Source: Candidatus Aenigmatarchaeota archaeon
GTDB lineage: Archaea > Aenigmatarchaeota > Aenigmatarchaeia > GW2011-AR5 > JACRMX01
Assembly: GCA_018304635.1 (NCBI GenBank)
Contig: JAGVVW010000002.1
Location: 1 to 56,175 of the forward strand
Reading direction: 5' to 3'
Length of the DNA: 56,175 nucleotides
Of the stretch, positions 27,128 through 36,392 are shown one piece after another. The notes beneath the pieces are model-generated. The model was not told the origin of the DNA and searched no databases. It saw only the letters and a program-made list of their open reading frames with translations. Position numbers and translations under genes: made by a program. Each line of letters opens with the position of its first letter. Position 1 is the stretch's first letter.

Positions 27128-28528
27128 ATGCATAACAACATTGTCGCGGTATATCAGAATAAAAATCTCGATTATTGTTTTAATGATCCATTTAATCCGG
27201 ATAAATATTATCCAGAACTAAAAATAAACAAATTTGACAAAACATATGCAGCTGTTAGGAACTTATTTCATCTGCTAAAACTGGATAACAAAAATTTCGG
27301 AACAAGAACATGGAACCCGTTTGGAAAATTTATAAAACCTGGATATAAAGTAGTTATAAAACCCAACCTTCTTTATCACTACCATCCTCATGGAGATTCA
27401 TTTGTACTAGTAAACATAGTTCATGCATCTATTATAAGACATATAATAGATTATTGCCTTACAGCAATGAAAGGCGACGGAGAAATAATTATAGCAGAAT
27501 CACCAGTAAGACAGGCTAATTTTGAAAAAATAATAGAAATATCAGGAATTAACAACCTTGCTGCCTTTTATAGAGACACGGGAATAAAAATACCCATAAT
27601 GGACCTTAGAAAGAGCAAAATCGTGAGAAATTATGACAAGGTGACATTTGCAAAAACAGTGAAGCTTAAAGGCGACCCTCTTGGTTATAAGAAAATACAG
27701 ATCGAAAACAGTGAAATATCACCTCTTATTAAGCAAAAATCATGTTTCAGGAATTCAATGACAGGAAAACCCAGAGAACCATTATCATATAAAATTCCAA
27801 AAACTATACTGACATCAGATTTTATAGTAAACATATCAAAAATGAAAACTCATTTAATGACAGGAAACACATTATGCATAAAAAATGTTGTTGGTATGTT
27901 CGCGGAAAAAGAAAATCTTCCGCATTATATCAGTGGATATGACGAACACCCTAAACCAAAAACAACCAGACATAAAATAAAACTATTATACACAAAAAAA
28001 ACATTCAAACTTATTAAAACCTTTTATTTTGCTGAAAAAATTAAACCCGTAAAATCTTTTGTGAAGAGGTTATCAGATGGTGAAGAAAATTTATGGGGAA
28101 ATTGGCATGGAAATGACACCACGTGGAGAATGGTTCTTGACCTGAACAAAATAATTTTTTATTATGACAAGGAAGGAAATGTAAATGAAAAGCCCGTAAG
28201 AACAAATCTAAATATAATTGATGCTATACTTGCAGGAGAAGGACAGGGCCCTATGAGATCATCACCAAAAAAATGTGGTATGATCATTGCAGGTTTTAAT
28301 CCGTTATCTGTAGATATTACCGGAACCAGAATTATGGGATTTGATTATAAAAAAATTCCATTAATTAAAAAATCTCATGAAAAGGAAATTTTTGGCAAAC
28401 CGCCAAAAAAAATTATAATAAGGAGCAATATTAAAAAATGGTCCAGACTTTTTGATCTGGATAAGAAATATTTGTTGAACTTTAGACCTCCAAAAAGCTG
28501 GCAAGGCAAGATAGAAATCAGAGACTGA
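27128..28528 (+). CDS. DUF362-domain protein
   Basis: YKVVIKPNLL, KMKTHLMTGNTLCIKNVVGMF and IIDAILAGEGQGP match the conserved DUF362 blocks. No ferredoxin-type Cys cluster was seen. Confidence 0.7.
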   Translation: MHNNIVAVYQNKNLDYCFNDPFNPDKYYPELKINKFDKTYAAVRNLFHLLKLDNKNFGTRTWNPFGKFIKPGYKVVIKPNLLYHYHPHGDSFVLVNIVHASIIRHIIDYCLTAMKGDGEIIIAESPVRQANFEKIIEISGINNLAAFYRDTGIKIPIMDLRKSKIVRNYDKVTFAKTVKLKGDPLGYKKIQIENSEISPLIKQKSCFRNSMTGKPREPLSYKIPKTILTSDFIVNISKMKTHLMTGNTLCIKNVVGMFAEKENLPHYISGYDEHPKPKTTRHKIKLLYTKKTFKLIKTFYFAEKIKPVKSFVKRLSDGEENLWGNWHGNDTTWRMVLDLNKIIFYYDKEGNVNEKPVRTNLNIIDAILAGEGQGPMRSSPKKCGMIIAGFNPLSVDITGTRIMGFDYKKIPLIKKSHEKEIFGKPPKKIIIRSNIKKWSRLFDLDKKYLLNFRPPKSWQGKIEIRD

Positions 28529-28558
28529 TTTTAAATAGATTTTACAGATATAGTTTTC

Positions 28559-29206
28559 ATGAACTCAGATGAAATATGGAATGAAATATATAAAAAACAT
28601 GGTTTCAGGGCAAAATACCCGGATGAGAACTTGATTCGCTTCATATCTACAAAATTCAGAAATGTTCCTGATAAAAAATCCCTGAAAGTGCTTGATCTGG
28701 GTTGCGGCCCGGGAAGACATATAATATTTCTAGCTAACCAGAAATTTTCTGTATATGGAATAGATGCATCAGAAACTGCAATTAAAATGGCAAAAAATTT
28801 TATTGAAGAAAACAATATAACAGCTGATATTAGAATCAGTGAAATGCCGCCATTGCCATATGAAAATGATTATTTTGACTTAATAATCGATTGTGCATCA
28901 ATACAGCATATTAAAGTTGATAAAATGAACAGGATTTTCTCGGAAATTTACAGGATTCTTAAAACCGGAGGTATGTTTTTCTCTATTATCAGGTCAATGG
29001 ATGATTACATTTCCTCATCCAAACAAATTGCTAATAATACATTTTTTAATTTGGATGACAATACGGGTGAAATACATTTATTTGATGAGGCTGAAATAAG
29101 AAGTCTTCTGAAAAATTTTACTGAACTTAATATTGAACACGAAACCAGAACTTTTGAAAACATGTCAAAAAAAAGATGTAATTGGATAATCGCAGCAAAA
29201 AAGTGA
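28559..29206 (+). CDS. Class I SAM-dependent methyltransferase
   Basis: Motif I VLDLGCGPGRH, then VYGIDAS, DLIIDCASIQH and LKTGGMFF. Confidence 0.8.
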   Translation: MNSDEIWNEIYKKHGFRAKYPDENLIRFISTKFRNVPDKKSLKVLDLGCGPGRHIIFLANQKFSVYGIDASETAIKMAKNFIEENNITADIRISEMPPLPYENDYFDLIIDCASIQHIKVDKMNRIFSEIYRILKTGGMFFSIIRSMDDYISSSKQIANNTFFNLDDNTGEIHLFDEAEIRSLLKNFTELNIEHETRTFENMSKKRCNWIIAAKK

Positions 29207-29210
29207 TATA

Positions 29211-30263
29211 ATGACTGAAATAGAGATTCTTACAGTAAATGAAAGCAAAAGGTGGGGAGAATTAATCAATGATCTGCCGCAGAAAGACATACACTTTACC
29301 TCCCAATATGCCCAACTTTTTGAGAATTACTTAAAACACAAAGCTTTGCTCTTTGTATTTAAAGAAAATGATAATGTAATTTTATATCCTTTCTTCATAA
29401 GAAAAATAAATGATATAGAAATATTCAAAGATATTGAAAAAGAAGTTTTTGACATTATTTCGCCGTGGTATTACGGTGGTCCTGTAAGCAACATAACAGA
29501 CAAAAGCAGAGAAAAAGAAATATTCCAAAATTTTACAGCTGAATTTGGAAATTTTTGCAGGAGTGAGAAGATTGTATCTGAATTTTGCAGAATGCATCCG
29601 TTTTTTAAAAATCATGATAATTTTTCAGCCCCTGAACTCGAAATGAACAGGAAAGTTGTCTACATAGATCTAAAAAAAACAAAGGAAGAAATATGGAACA
29701 GTTTTAAAAAAGTTAATAGAAAAGCAATAAGAAAGGCGGAAAAAGGTGGTATAGATATTTCTATAACAAACAACAAATCTGGTATTAAGAAGTTTTATGA
29801 CATCTATACAAATTCAATGGAAAGAAAAGAAGCTGGAAAGTTTTATTTCTTCAATATTGAATTTTTCAATGATATGTTCGAGCTTCTCAAAGATTCAGCA
29901 ACAATATTTTTTGCTGAACATGGGGGTAATGTTATTGTTGCGTCATTGGTTCTGCATAAACACGGAATTGCACATGATTATTTGAGGGGGTCTGATCCTG
30001 AATTTTTACATATGAGACCTAACAACCTGATAGTAAAAGAAATAGCACTCTGGGCAAAAGATAATGGAAATGAGATATTCGACCTGGGCGGCGGAACCAG
30101 CACAGATACAAATGATCCAAAACTAAGATTTAAATCATTGTTCTCAAAGGATAGAAAACGCTTTTTTATTTATAAAAAGATTCACAACAAAAGTGTATAC
30201 GATGAACTCTGTAAAAAACAATGTAATATAACAGGAAATTTTCCTCTGTATAGGTGTGTTTAA
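29211..30263 (+). CDS. FemAB-like / Acetyltransf_6 (GNAT-fold) aminoacyl- or acyl-transferase
   Basis: SFKKVNRKAIRKAEKGGI...FFAEHGGNVIVASLVLHKHGIAHDYLRGSDPEFLHMRPNNLIVKEIALWAKDNGNEIFDLGG resembles the FemX/FemAB-type transferase pattern. Confidence 0.7.
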   Translation: MTEIEILTVNESKRWGELINDLPQKDIHFTSQYAQLFENYLKHKALLFVFKENDNVILYPFFIRKINDIEIFKDIEKEVFDIISPWYYGGPVSNITDKSREKEIFQNFTAEFGNFCRSEKIVSEFCRMHPFFKNHDNFSAPELEMNRKVVYIDLKKTKEEIWNSFKKVNRKAIRKAEKGGIDISITNNKSGIKKFYDIYTNSMERKEAGKFYFFNIEFFNDMFELLKDSATIFFAEHGGNVIVASLVLHKHGIAHDYLRGSDPEFLHMRPNNLIVKEIALWAKDNGNEIFDLGGGTSTDTNDPKLRFKSLFSKDRKRFFIYKKIHNKSVYDELCKKQCNITGNFPLYRCV

Positions 30264-31603
30264 TGAAGGTATTGTTGGTATATCCGAGATTTAAATATGA
30301 AAATTCCGGGGGTCTTCAGGAACCTCTCGGAATTCTTTACATAGCGAGTGTCCTGAGAAAGTCAGGCCACGATGTCTCATTCATAGACCTGACGTTTGAA
30401 AAAGATTTCAGTAAATTAAATAAAGAAACACTTGACGTAGACTTAATCGGAATGAGCTCGACAACAGCGCTCTTCGGAACAGCAAAAGAAGTTTTGAAGC
30501 ATATGAAATCAATAAACCCGGAATTAAAAGTTGCAATTGGAGGACCGCATCCGACAGTAATGACTGATGATGTACTTGACGCTGGATTTGATTATTCAGT
30601 AATTGGAGAAGGTGAAAAAATAATTCTTGAGTTATTGAATGGAATAAAAAAAGGCAAAATAAGTGATGTAAAGGGGATAGCTTATAGAATAAGAAACAAA
30701 ACAAAAATAAACAAATCGTGCGAATTCATAGAAAATCTCGATTCTATACCATTTCCAGCAAGAGATATGATAAACTGGGATGAATATAATATATCTGACA
30801 TGGGACTGATTATAACACGTGGCTGCCCATACAACTGTCTCTATTGTAAGCCTATGCAAAATAAATTGTTCGGAAAAAAAATAAGAAAAAGAAGCTCTGA
30901 AAATGTAGCTGATGAAATAGAAGAAATAGCAAAGATTTATGGAGTAAAAAGTTTTTTCTTTAAGGACGATACATTTAGTGCTTGTGGAGAAGAATGGATA
31001 AAGATATTCGGAAATGAAATTGAAAAAAGAAACCTGAAAATATCATGGACATGTCAGACAAGAGTCAATGAGGTAACTGAAGGATTTTTAAAAGCAATGA
31101 AAGATGCTGGATGCAGGCTCATATCTTTTGGTGTTGAAAGTGGTTCACAGAAAATATTGAATTTTTATAGAAAGGGAATAACAACAGAACAGACAAAAGA
31201 AGCATTTAAGCTATGCAAGAAAGTTGGGATACTAACACATGCATATATCATGCTTGGCGCGCCAATTGAAACAGAAGAAGATATGGAAATGACATATCAG
31301 CTGATAAAGGAAATAAAACCATATAGCGTTCAGGTAAGCATCACAACACCTGCTCCGGGAACGGATCTTGGAGAATATGTAAAAAATCAGGGAATTCTTA
31401 ATATTCATAACAATCTGGAAACGGATTATTATGCAAACGAATATCCCATCAAACTACAATATCTGACACCAGAAAAGTTAAAAATTTACAGGAAAAAAAT
31501 CTATAGGTACATGCTATTTAAAAATGCCTTTTCAAAAAGAGGTATAATCACAGCTATTAGAAATCCTGGAAAAGCATTTAGATATATGAAAAAAAGGCTA
31601 TGA
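30254..31603 (+). CDS. B12-binding-domain radical SAM protein (paralogue 3)
   Basis: LIGMSSTTALF...AIGGPHPT...SVIGEGE, then ITRGCPYNCLYCK. The likely start is ATG 30263, which overlaps the upstream TAA (TAATG). Confidence 0.8.
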   Translation: MCLMKVLLVYPRFKYENSGGLQEPLGILYIASVLRKSGHDVSFIDLTFEKDFSKLNKETLDVDLIGMSSTTALFGTAKEVLKHMKSINPELKVAIGGPHPTVMTDDVLDAGFDYSVIGEGEKIILELLNGIKKGKISDVKGIAYRIRNKTKINKSCEFIENLDSIPFPARDMINWDEYNISDMGLIITRGCPYNCLYCKPMQNKLFGKKIRKRSSENVADEIEEIAKIYGVKSFFFKDDTFSACGEEWIKIFGNEIEKRNLKISWTCQTRVNEVTEGFLKAMKDAGCRLISFGVESGSQKILNFYRKGITTEQTKEAFKLCKKVGILTHAYIMLGAPIETEEDMEMTYQLIKEIKPYSVQVSITTPAPGTDLGEYVKNQGILNIHNNLETDYYANEYPIKLQYLTPEKLKIYRKKIYRYMLFKNAFSKRGIITAIRNPGKAFRYMKKRL

Positions 31604-31621
31604 TTTCGGCAGGGAATTTAA

Positions 31622-32770
31622 ATGAACTGGAAAATACCATTGTTTAAATGTTATTGGGAAGACGATGATATAGAATCAGTAAATAACGTAATTAAAAGAG
31701 GAACATATTGGGCCACTGGACCTGAAATCAAAAATTTTGAAACGAATATAGCCAAATATGTAGGTGCAAAATACGCATTGGTGTTTAATTCAGGAACATC
31801 AGCACTTCATGCGGATATATCGGCTCACGAAATTGGAAAAGACGACGAAGTTATTTTGCCATCATTCACATTTGTGTCCACATCAAATAGTGTTGCATTA
31901 ACTGGTGCAAAACCAGTATTCGCTGAAATTGAAGATCAGTCATATGGTCTGGATCCTGCAGATGTTGAAAGAAAAATAACTGATAAAACCAAAGCCATTA
32001 TTCCTGTTCATTATGCGGGCGCTCCGTGTAAAGAAATAAAAACTTTGAAAAAAATCGCTGATAAAAACGGTCTTATTCTCATAGAAGATGCTGCTGAATC
32101 ATTGGGTTCAAAAATCGGAACCAGATTTGTAGGAACATTCGGCAACTCAGCGATGTTTAGTTTCTGCCAGAATAAAATCATAACCACGGGTGAAGGTGGC
32201 GCTATAGTAACTAATTCAGAAAAAATCTATGAAAAATTAAAGTTAATCAGATCACACGGACGGCTGGAAAGAACTGACGATTATTTTTCAACTACAAAAG
32301 AAATGGACTATATACAGCTAGGATATAATTACAGAATATCTACAATATCAGCTGCTTTAGGAATTTCGCAATTGAAAAAAATAGACAAGATAATAAGTAT
32401 GAGAAGGAAAATTGCAGAATATTTTAACAGGATATTTTCCGAAATTAATGGAATAAAAATACCCGAAACACCAGAAGATCATTTTCACATTTATCAGATA
32501 TACACTATCCGATTAAGAGATAAAAAAATCAGGGATATGATGCAAAAATTTTTAATAAAAAGGGGGATAATGAATAAGGTATATTTTGACTCTGTGCATC
32601 TCAAGACATTTTACAGAAAATTGGGATATAAGGAAGGAAACTTGCCTAAAACCGAGAACATATCCGAAAGGGTACTGTCTCTGCCAATATACCCCAGTAT
32701 GAATCCGGAAGAAATGATATATATAACAAATTCCATTAAGGAATTTTTCAAATTATATATAAAAATTTAA
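31622..32770 (+). CDS. DegT/DnrJ/EryC1-family PLP-dependent sugar aminotransferase (PseC/LegC-like)
   Basis: NSGTSALHA, EDAAESLGS and FSFCQNKIITTGEGGAIVT (PLP lysine context). Confidence 0.85.
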   Translation: MNWKIPLFKCYWEDDDIESVNNVIKRGTYWATGPEIKNFETNIAKYVGAKYALVFNSGTSALHADISAHEIGKDDEVILPSFTFVSTSNSVALTGAKPVFAEIEDQSYGLDPADVERKITDKTKAIIPVHYAGAPCKEIKTLKKIADKNGLILIEDAAESLGSKIGTRFVGTFGNSAMFSFCQNKIITTGEGGAIVTNSEKIYEKLKLIRSHGRLERTDDYFSTTKEMDYIQLGYNYRISTISAALGISQLKKIDKIISMRRKIAEYFNRIFSEINGIKIPETPEDHFHIYQIYTIRLRDKKIRDMMQKFLIKRGIMNKVYFDSVHLKTFYRKLGYKEGNLPKTENISERVLSLPIYPSMNPEEMIYITNSIKEFFKLYIKI

Positions 32771-32803
32771 TTGAAATTATAATAAGCAACATCAGGTGTT
32801 GAA

Positions 32804-33817
32804 ATGGACAATACATTTAGAAATAAAAAAATTCTTGTCACTGGAGGCACAGGCTCCATTGGTAGTGAAATAGTCGTGCAATTATTAAAATATAATCCAG
32901 AAGCCATAAGAATATTCAGTAGGGATGAAACAAAACAATTCAATCTAAAACATGAACTCGGTGAACGTGATAATGTAAGATATTTAATAGGTGATGTAAG
33001 GGATAAAGACAGGTTAAGAAAAGCTGTGGAAGATATAGATATAATTTTCCATGCAGCAGCTCTGAAACATGTTCCTGCTTGTGAATATAATCCCTTTGAA
33101 GCTGTTAAAACAAATGTAATCGGAACCCAGAACATAATTGATGTGGCACTTGACGAAAATGTAGAAAAGGTTATTGCTATAAGTTCTGATAAGGCTTCAA
33201 GCCCGACAAACACAATGGGAGCCTCAAAACTACTTTCTGAAAAAATTGTCGTATCTGCTCACTATCACAGGGGAAAAAAACAAACTGCTTTTTCATGTGT
33301 CAGGTTCGGTAATGTCCTGAATTCTCGCGGATCTGTGGTACCGTTGTTTGTGAATCAGATTAAAAATAAATCAATGATAACAATTACAGATCCTGATATG
33401 ACTAGATTCATGATGACCCTGCCACAAGCTGTTAAACTTGTATTTGAAGCTGCGAGAATTTCCAGAGGTGGAGAAATTTTTATCCTTAAAATGCCTTCAC
33501 TCAGATTAGGTGATCTGGCTGATGTAGTTAAAGAACAAATAGGAATGAAATGCGAGATTCATCCGGAAACAATAAAAACAGAGATTATTGGAATAAGACC
33601 GGGAGAACGTATGCATGAGGATCTGATGACAGAGGATGAATCTAAAATAGCCAAAGAAACTGAAAATATGTTTATAATACCACCAAACCTGGTGGCTTCT
33701 GATTATGTATATGATGGATCCAAACCTGTTATGATTAGCAAATACACTTCAAATCAGCAAACACTGATGTCAAAACAACAAATAATTGACATGCTAAAAA
33801 CAGAGGGCATTATTTGA
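32804..33817 (+). CDS. pseB: UDP-N-acetylglucosamine 4,6-dehydratase, PseB/FlaA1/CapD type
   Basis: ILVTGGTGSIGSE, FSRDETKQ, GDVRD, HAAALKHVPACEYNPFEAVKTNVIGTQN, SSDKASSPTNTMGASKL and RFGNVLNSRGSVVPLF. Confidence 0.8.
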   Translation: MDNTFRNKKILVTGGTGSIGSEIVVQLLKYNPEAIRIFSRDETKQFNLKHELGERDNVRYLIGDVRDKDRLRKAVEDIDIIFHAAALKHVPACEYNPFEAVKTNVIGTQNIIDVALDENVEKVIAISSDKASSPTNTMGASKLLSEKIVVSAHYHRGKKQTAFSCVRFGNVLNSRGSVVPLFVNQIKNKSMITITDPDMTRFMMTLPQAVKLVFEAARISRGGEIFILKMPSLRLGDLADVVKEQIGMKCEIHPETIKTEIIGIRPGERMHEDLMTEDESKIAKETENMFIIPPNLVASDYVYDGSKPVMISKYTSNQQTLMSKQQIIDMLKTEGII

Positions 33818-33831
33818 AAGTAAAAAATTAG

Positions 33832-34725
33832 GTGCATCCAATGGAAATGAGAATAAAGAGACGGGTAAATACAATTAAAAGAAAGTTGTTCATTTCGCAG
33901 CAACCACATGTACTTCATATAGAAATAAATAACACATGCAACCTGCACTGTATAATGTGTCCAAGAGAAAGAATGAATAGAAAACCAGGTATTATGAATT
34001 TTGAAACATATAGAAAAATAATTGATGATGCTGCATCTATAGACGTACCGCATGTCAGGCTTTTTATGTTCGGTGAACCTTTACTGCATCCAAAATTAAT
34101 AGAAATGATAAAATATGCCAAATCTAAAAATATACCAAAAGTTGACTTCAATACAAATGCCACCTTACTTAATAAAAAGATATCACGTGAAATAATAGAT
34201 TCTGGCTTGGATAGGATAATTTTTTCAGTTGATGGCATTAATAAAAAAACATATGAATCTGTAAGGCGCGGTGGAAAATATCAAAAAGTTGTTAAAAATA
34301 TTGAATATTTTATGCAACTTAAAAATAACTTAAGCAGGGGACCGCATACAATTCTCCAGACAATAGTAATGAACCAGACCAAACCTGAAATCACATCATT
34401 TGAAGGTAAATGGAAAAGTGTTGTTGACGAAGTGTCTGTAACTGAACTGAACACCTATGGCGGAATGTATAAATTTTCAAATAAAGAAAAAACCAATAAA
34501 AGACAGGCATGTAATCAATTATGGGACAGACTGATTGTTTTATGCAATGGCGTTGTAACGGTTTGCTGTGAAGATTATAATGGTATGTTAGCTATCGGAC
34601 ATGTGGATGATGGCATCAGGAAACTCTGGAAAAATGAAAAAATAAAACATCTACGGAATCTGCACCTTAAGCAGGATTTCGGTAGTATACCATTATGTGA
34701 TAAATGCGATGCAACATGGATGTGA
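33832..34725 (+). CDS. Radical SAM protein with SPASM-type C-terminal Cys-rich domain
   Basis: EINNTCNLHCIMCPRE (CxxxCxxC). The C-terminal ACNQLWDRLIVLCNGVVTVCCEDYNG...PLCDKCDA is consistent with auxiliary Fe-S cluster (SPASM/twitch) motifs. Confidence 0.8.
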   Translation: MHPMEMRIKRRVNTIKRKLFISQQPHVLHIEINNTCNLHCIMCPRERMNRKPGIMNFETYRKIIDDAASIDVPHVRLFMFGEPLLHPKLIEMIKYAKSKNIPKVDFNTNATLLNKKISREIIDSGLDRIIFSVDGINKKTYESVRRGGKYQKVVKNIEYFMQLKNNLSRGPHTILQTIVMNQTKPEITSFEGKWKSVVDEVSVTELNTYGGMYKFSNKEKTNKRQACNQLWDRLIVLCNGVVTVCCEDYNGMLAIGHVDDGIRKLWKNEKIKHLRNLHLKQDFGSIPLCDKCDATWM

Positions 34726-34731
34726 TAGATA

Positions 34732-35394
34732 TTGAAATTAGTAATAATATCAGATTCCATGGCCATGGAAAGACCGGAAACAGGAAAAACAGAAATATAT
34801 CCACATCTTCTTGAAAAGAATCTATCAAAAAAACGTGTTAAAATAAATATCAAAGTTTTTGCTGAACGTCGGTTCACGACAACAGAAGCTGTCAATATCT
34901 TAGATAGAGTCAAAAAGTTTAAATCTGAAATCATCGTACTTCATCTTGGAATATGTGATTGTGCTGCACGTATTCTTGACCTGAAACAGCGGGAAAAAGT
35001 TGCCAGAATGCCGAAACCTGTCAGATGGATCATTACAAAATTTTTAAGTACATTCAGACGCCAGATACTGCTTATTTTTGGTTCACGTGTATGGGTAAAA
35101 AAGGCGGAATTTGAACAAAACATTCTAAGAATAATAAATGAACTGAAACGAGAAAGTTTTATTCTGATCAATATAGCACCAACTGACAAAAAAACATCCA
35201 CACATTCACCGGGGCTTAAAAGAAATATAGAAGAATACAACAAAATAATTCAGAAAATAGCATTAGAAAGAAGTGTTAAATTAATTCAGATGGAAAATCT
35301 GATAGATTCAGAAAAGCATATGCTGGATGGTATTCATTTAAACAAAATAGGTCATGAAATTTTAGCTAAAGAACTGGCAAAACTAATATCTTGA
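34732..35394 (+). CDS. SGNH/GDSL-like hydrolase (candidate O-acetyl esterase/transferase)
   Basis: Block I-like VIISDSMA and block V DGIHLNKIGHEILAKEL. It has a TTG start. Confidence 0.65.
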   Translation: MKLVIISDSMAMERPETGKTEIYPHLLEKNLSKKRVKINIKVFAERRFTTTEAVNILDRVKKFKSEIIVLHLGICDCAARILDLKQREKVARMPKPVRWIITKFLSTFRRQILLIFGSRVWVKKAEFEQNILRIINELKRESFILINIAPTDKKTSTHSPGLKRNIEEYNKIIQKIALERSVKLIQMENLIDSEKHMLDGIHLNKIGHEILAKELAKLIS

Positions 35395-35409
35395 ATTATG
35401 GAATTAATA

Positions 35410-35484
35410 GTATGTTCAGTTGATTTTTGAACATATATACTGAACATACATTATAGCAGGTTCAAATATTATTCGAACCTACTA
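35410..35484. terminator. Two hairpins in the convergent spacer between the glycan operon and the minus-strand nucleotidyltransferase gene
   Basis: gtatgttcagt(18 nt)actgaacatac at 35410-35449 has an 11-bp stem. tag.aggttc(11 nt)gaacct.cta at 35454-35484 has about a 9-bp stem with one mismatch. Confidence 0.35.
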
Positions 35485-35575
35485 TAAGCATCGATAATTG
35501 AAATGAATAACCTGACATCGCAATACCCGACATTTTGTAGATTTAATAGTTACGCTGTTTTACAGTTATTAATAT

Positions 35576-36322
35576 TTATGATTTTCCAATTTCAGTCATG
35601 TCATAAATCACCTTACCTGCCAGAACATCATTGTTAAACTGGCTGTATCTCTCAGGAACACCTATATCAATATGATATGCATCATTGACAACGAAACCGT
35701 TAATCTTTTGTTCATTGACAAGTTTTGGATAAACATCGCGTTCAAGAGAAAAGAATTTTCCAGATGGTATATAATTCATAATACCTTTGTTTAGGAATAC
35801 AATTGATGTGTTTGTCATATTTCCTATGAATTCTGTCGGTTTCTCAACAAATCTTATTATTTGACTTTTTCCGTTCATTAAAACAACACCCCACTGACTG
35901 GGGTCTTGTTTTTGTATCAGTGCCATTGTCGCAATAGGATTGTTTGTATTATGATTTTTTATAAGTAATGAAAAATCTATATTCATAAAAATATCAGCTG
36001 AAATAAGAAGGAATTCATCATCCAAAAGATTCTCCGCATTTTTTAAAGACCCCGCTGTTCCTAATGATTCAGATTCTTCAGAATATTGAATTGAAACGCC
36101 AAACCTGTTTCCATTCCCAAAAAAATCTCGTATTTGATTGTGCCTATACCCTGTACACATAAGAAATCTGTTGAAACCTTGTTTTTTCAAAACTTCCATT
36201 TGATACTGGACAAAAGGCTTTCCTAAAACAGGAACCATTGCCTTTGTTATATAGTAAGTAAGCGGCCATAATCTCGTGCCTAATCCGCCTGCATTAAAAA
36301 CAACTTGAGTATTATTTTTCAT
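35576..36322 (-). CDS. Sugar-1-phosphate nucleotidyltransferase (NTP_transferase family)
   Basis: VVFNAGGLGTRLWPLTYYITKAMVPVLGKP (GxGTRLxPLT signature), then SLGTAGSL. Confidence 0.8.
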   Translation of the reverse strand: MKNNTQVVFNAGGLGTRLWPLTYYITKAMVPVLGKPFVQYQMEVLKKQGFNRFLMCTGYRHNQIRDFFGNGNRFGVSIQYSEESESLGTAGSLKNAENLLDDEFLLISADIFMNIDFSLLIKNHNTNNPIATMALIQKQDPSQWGVVLMNGKSQIIRFVEKPTEFIGNMTNTSIVFLNKGIMNYIPSGKFFSLERDVYPKLVNEQKINGFVVNDAYHIDIGVPERYSQFNNDVLAGKVIYDMTEIGKS

Positions 36323-36392
36323 AGTTAGTATGAATTAAATATTATATCTTTTTATAATTATGTATAAAAATTTCTGTCACTATCTATAATAC

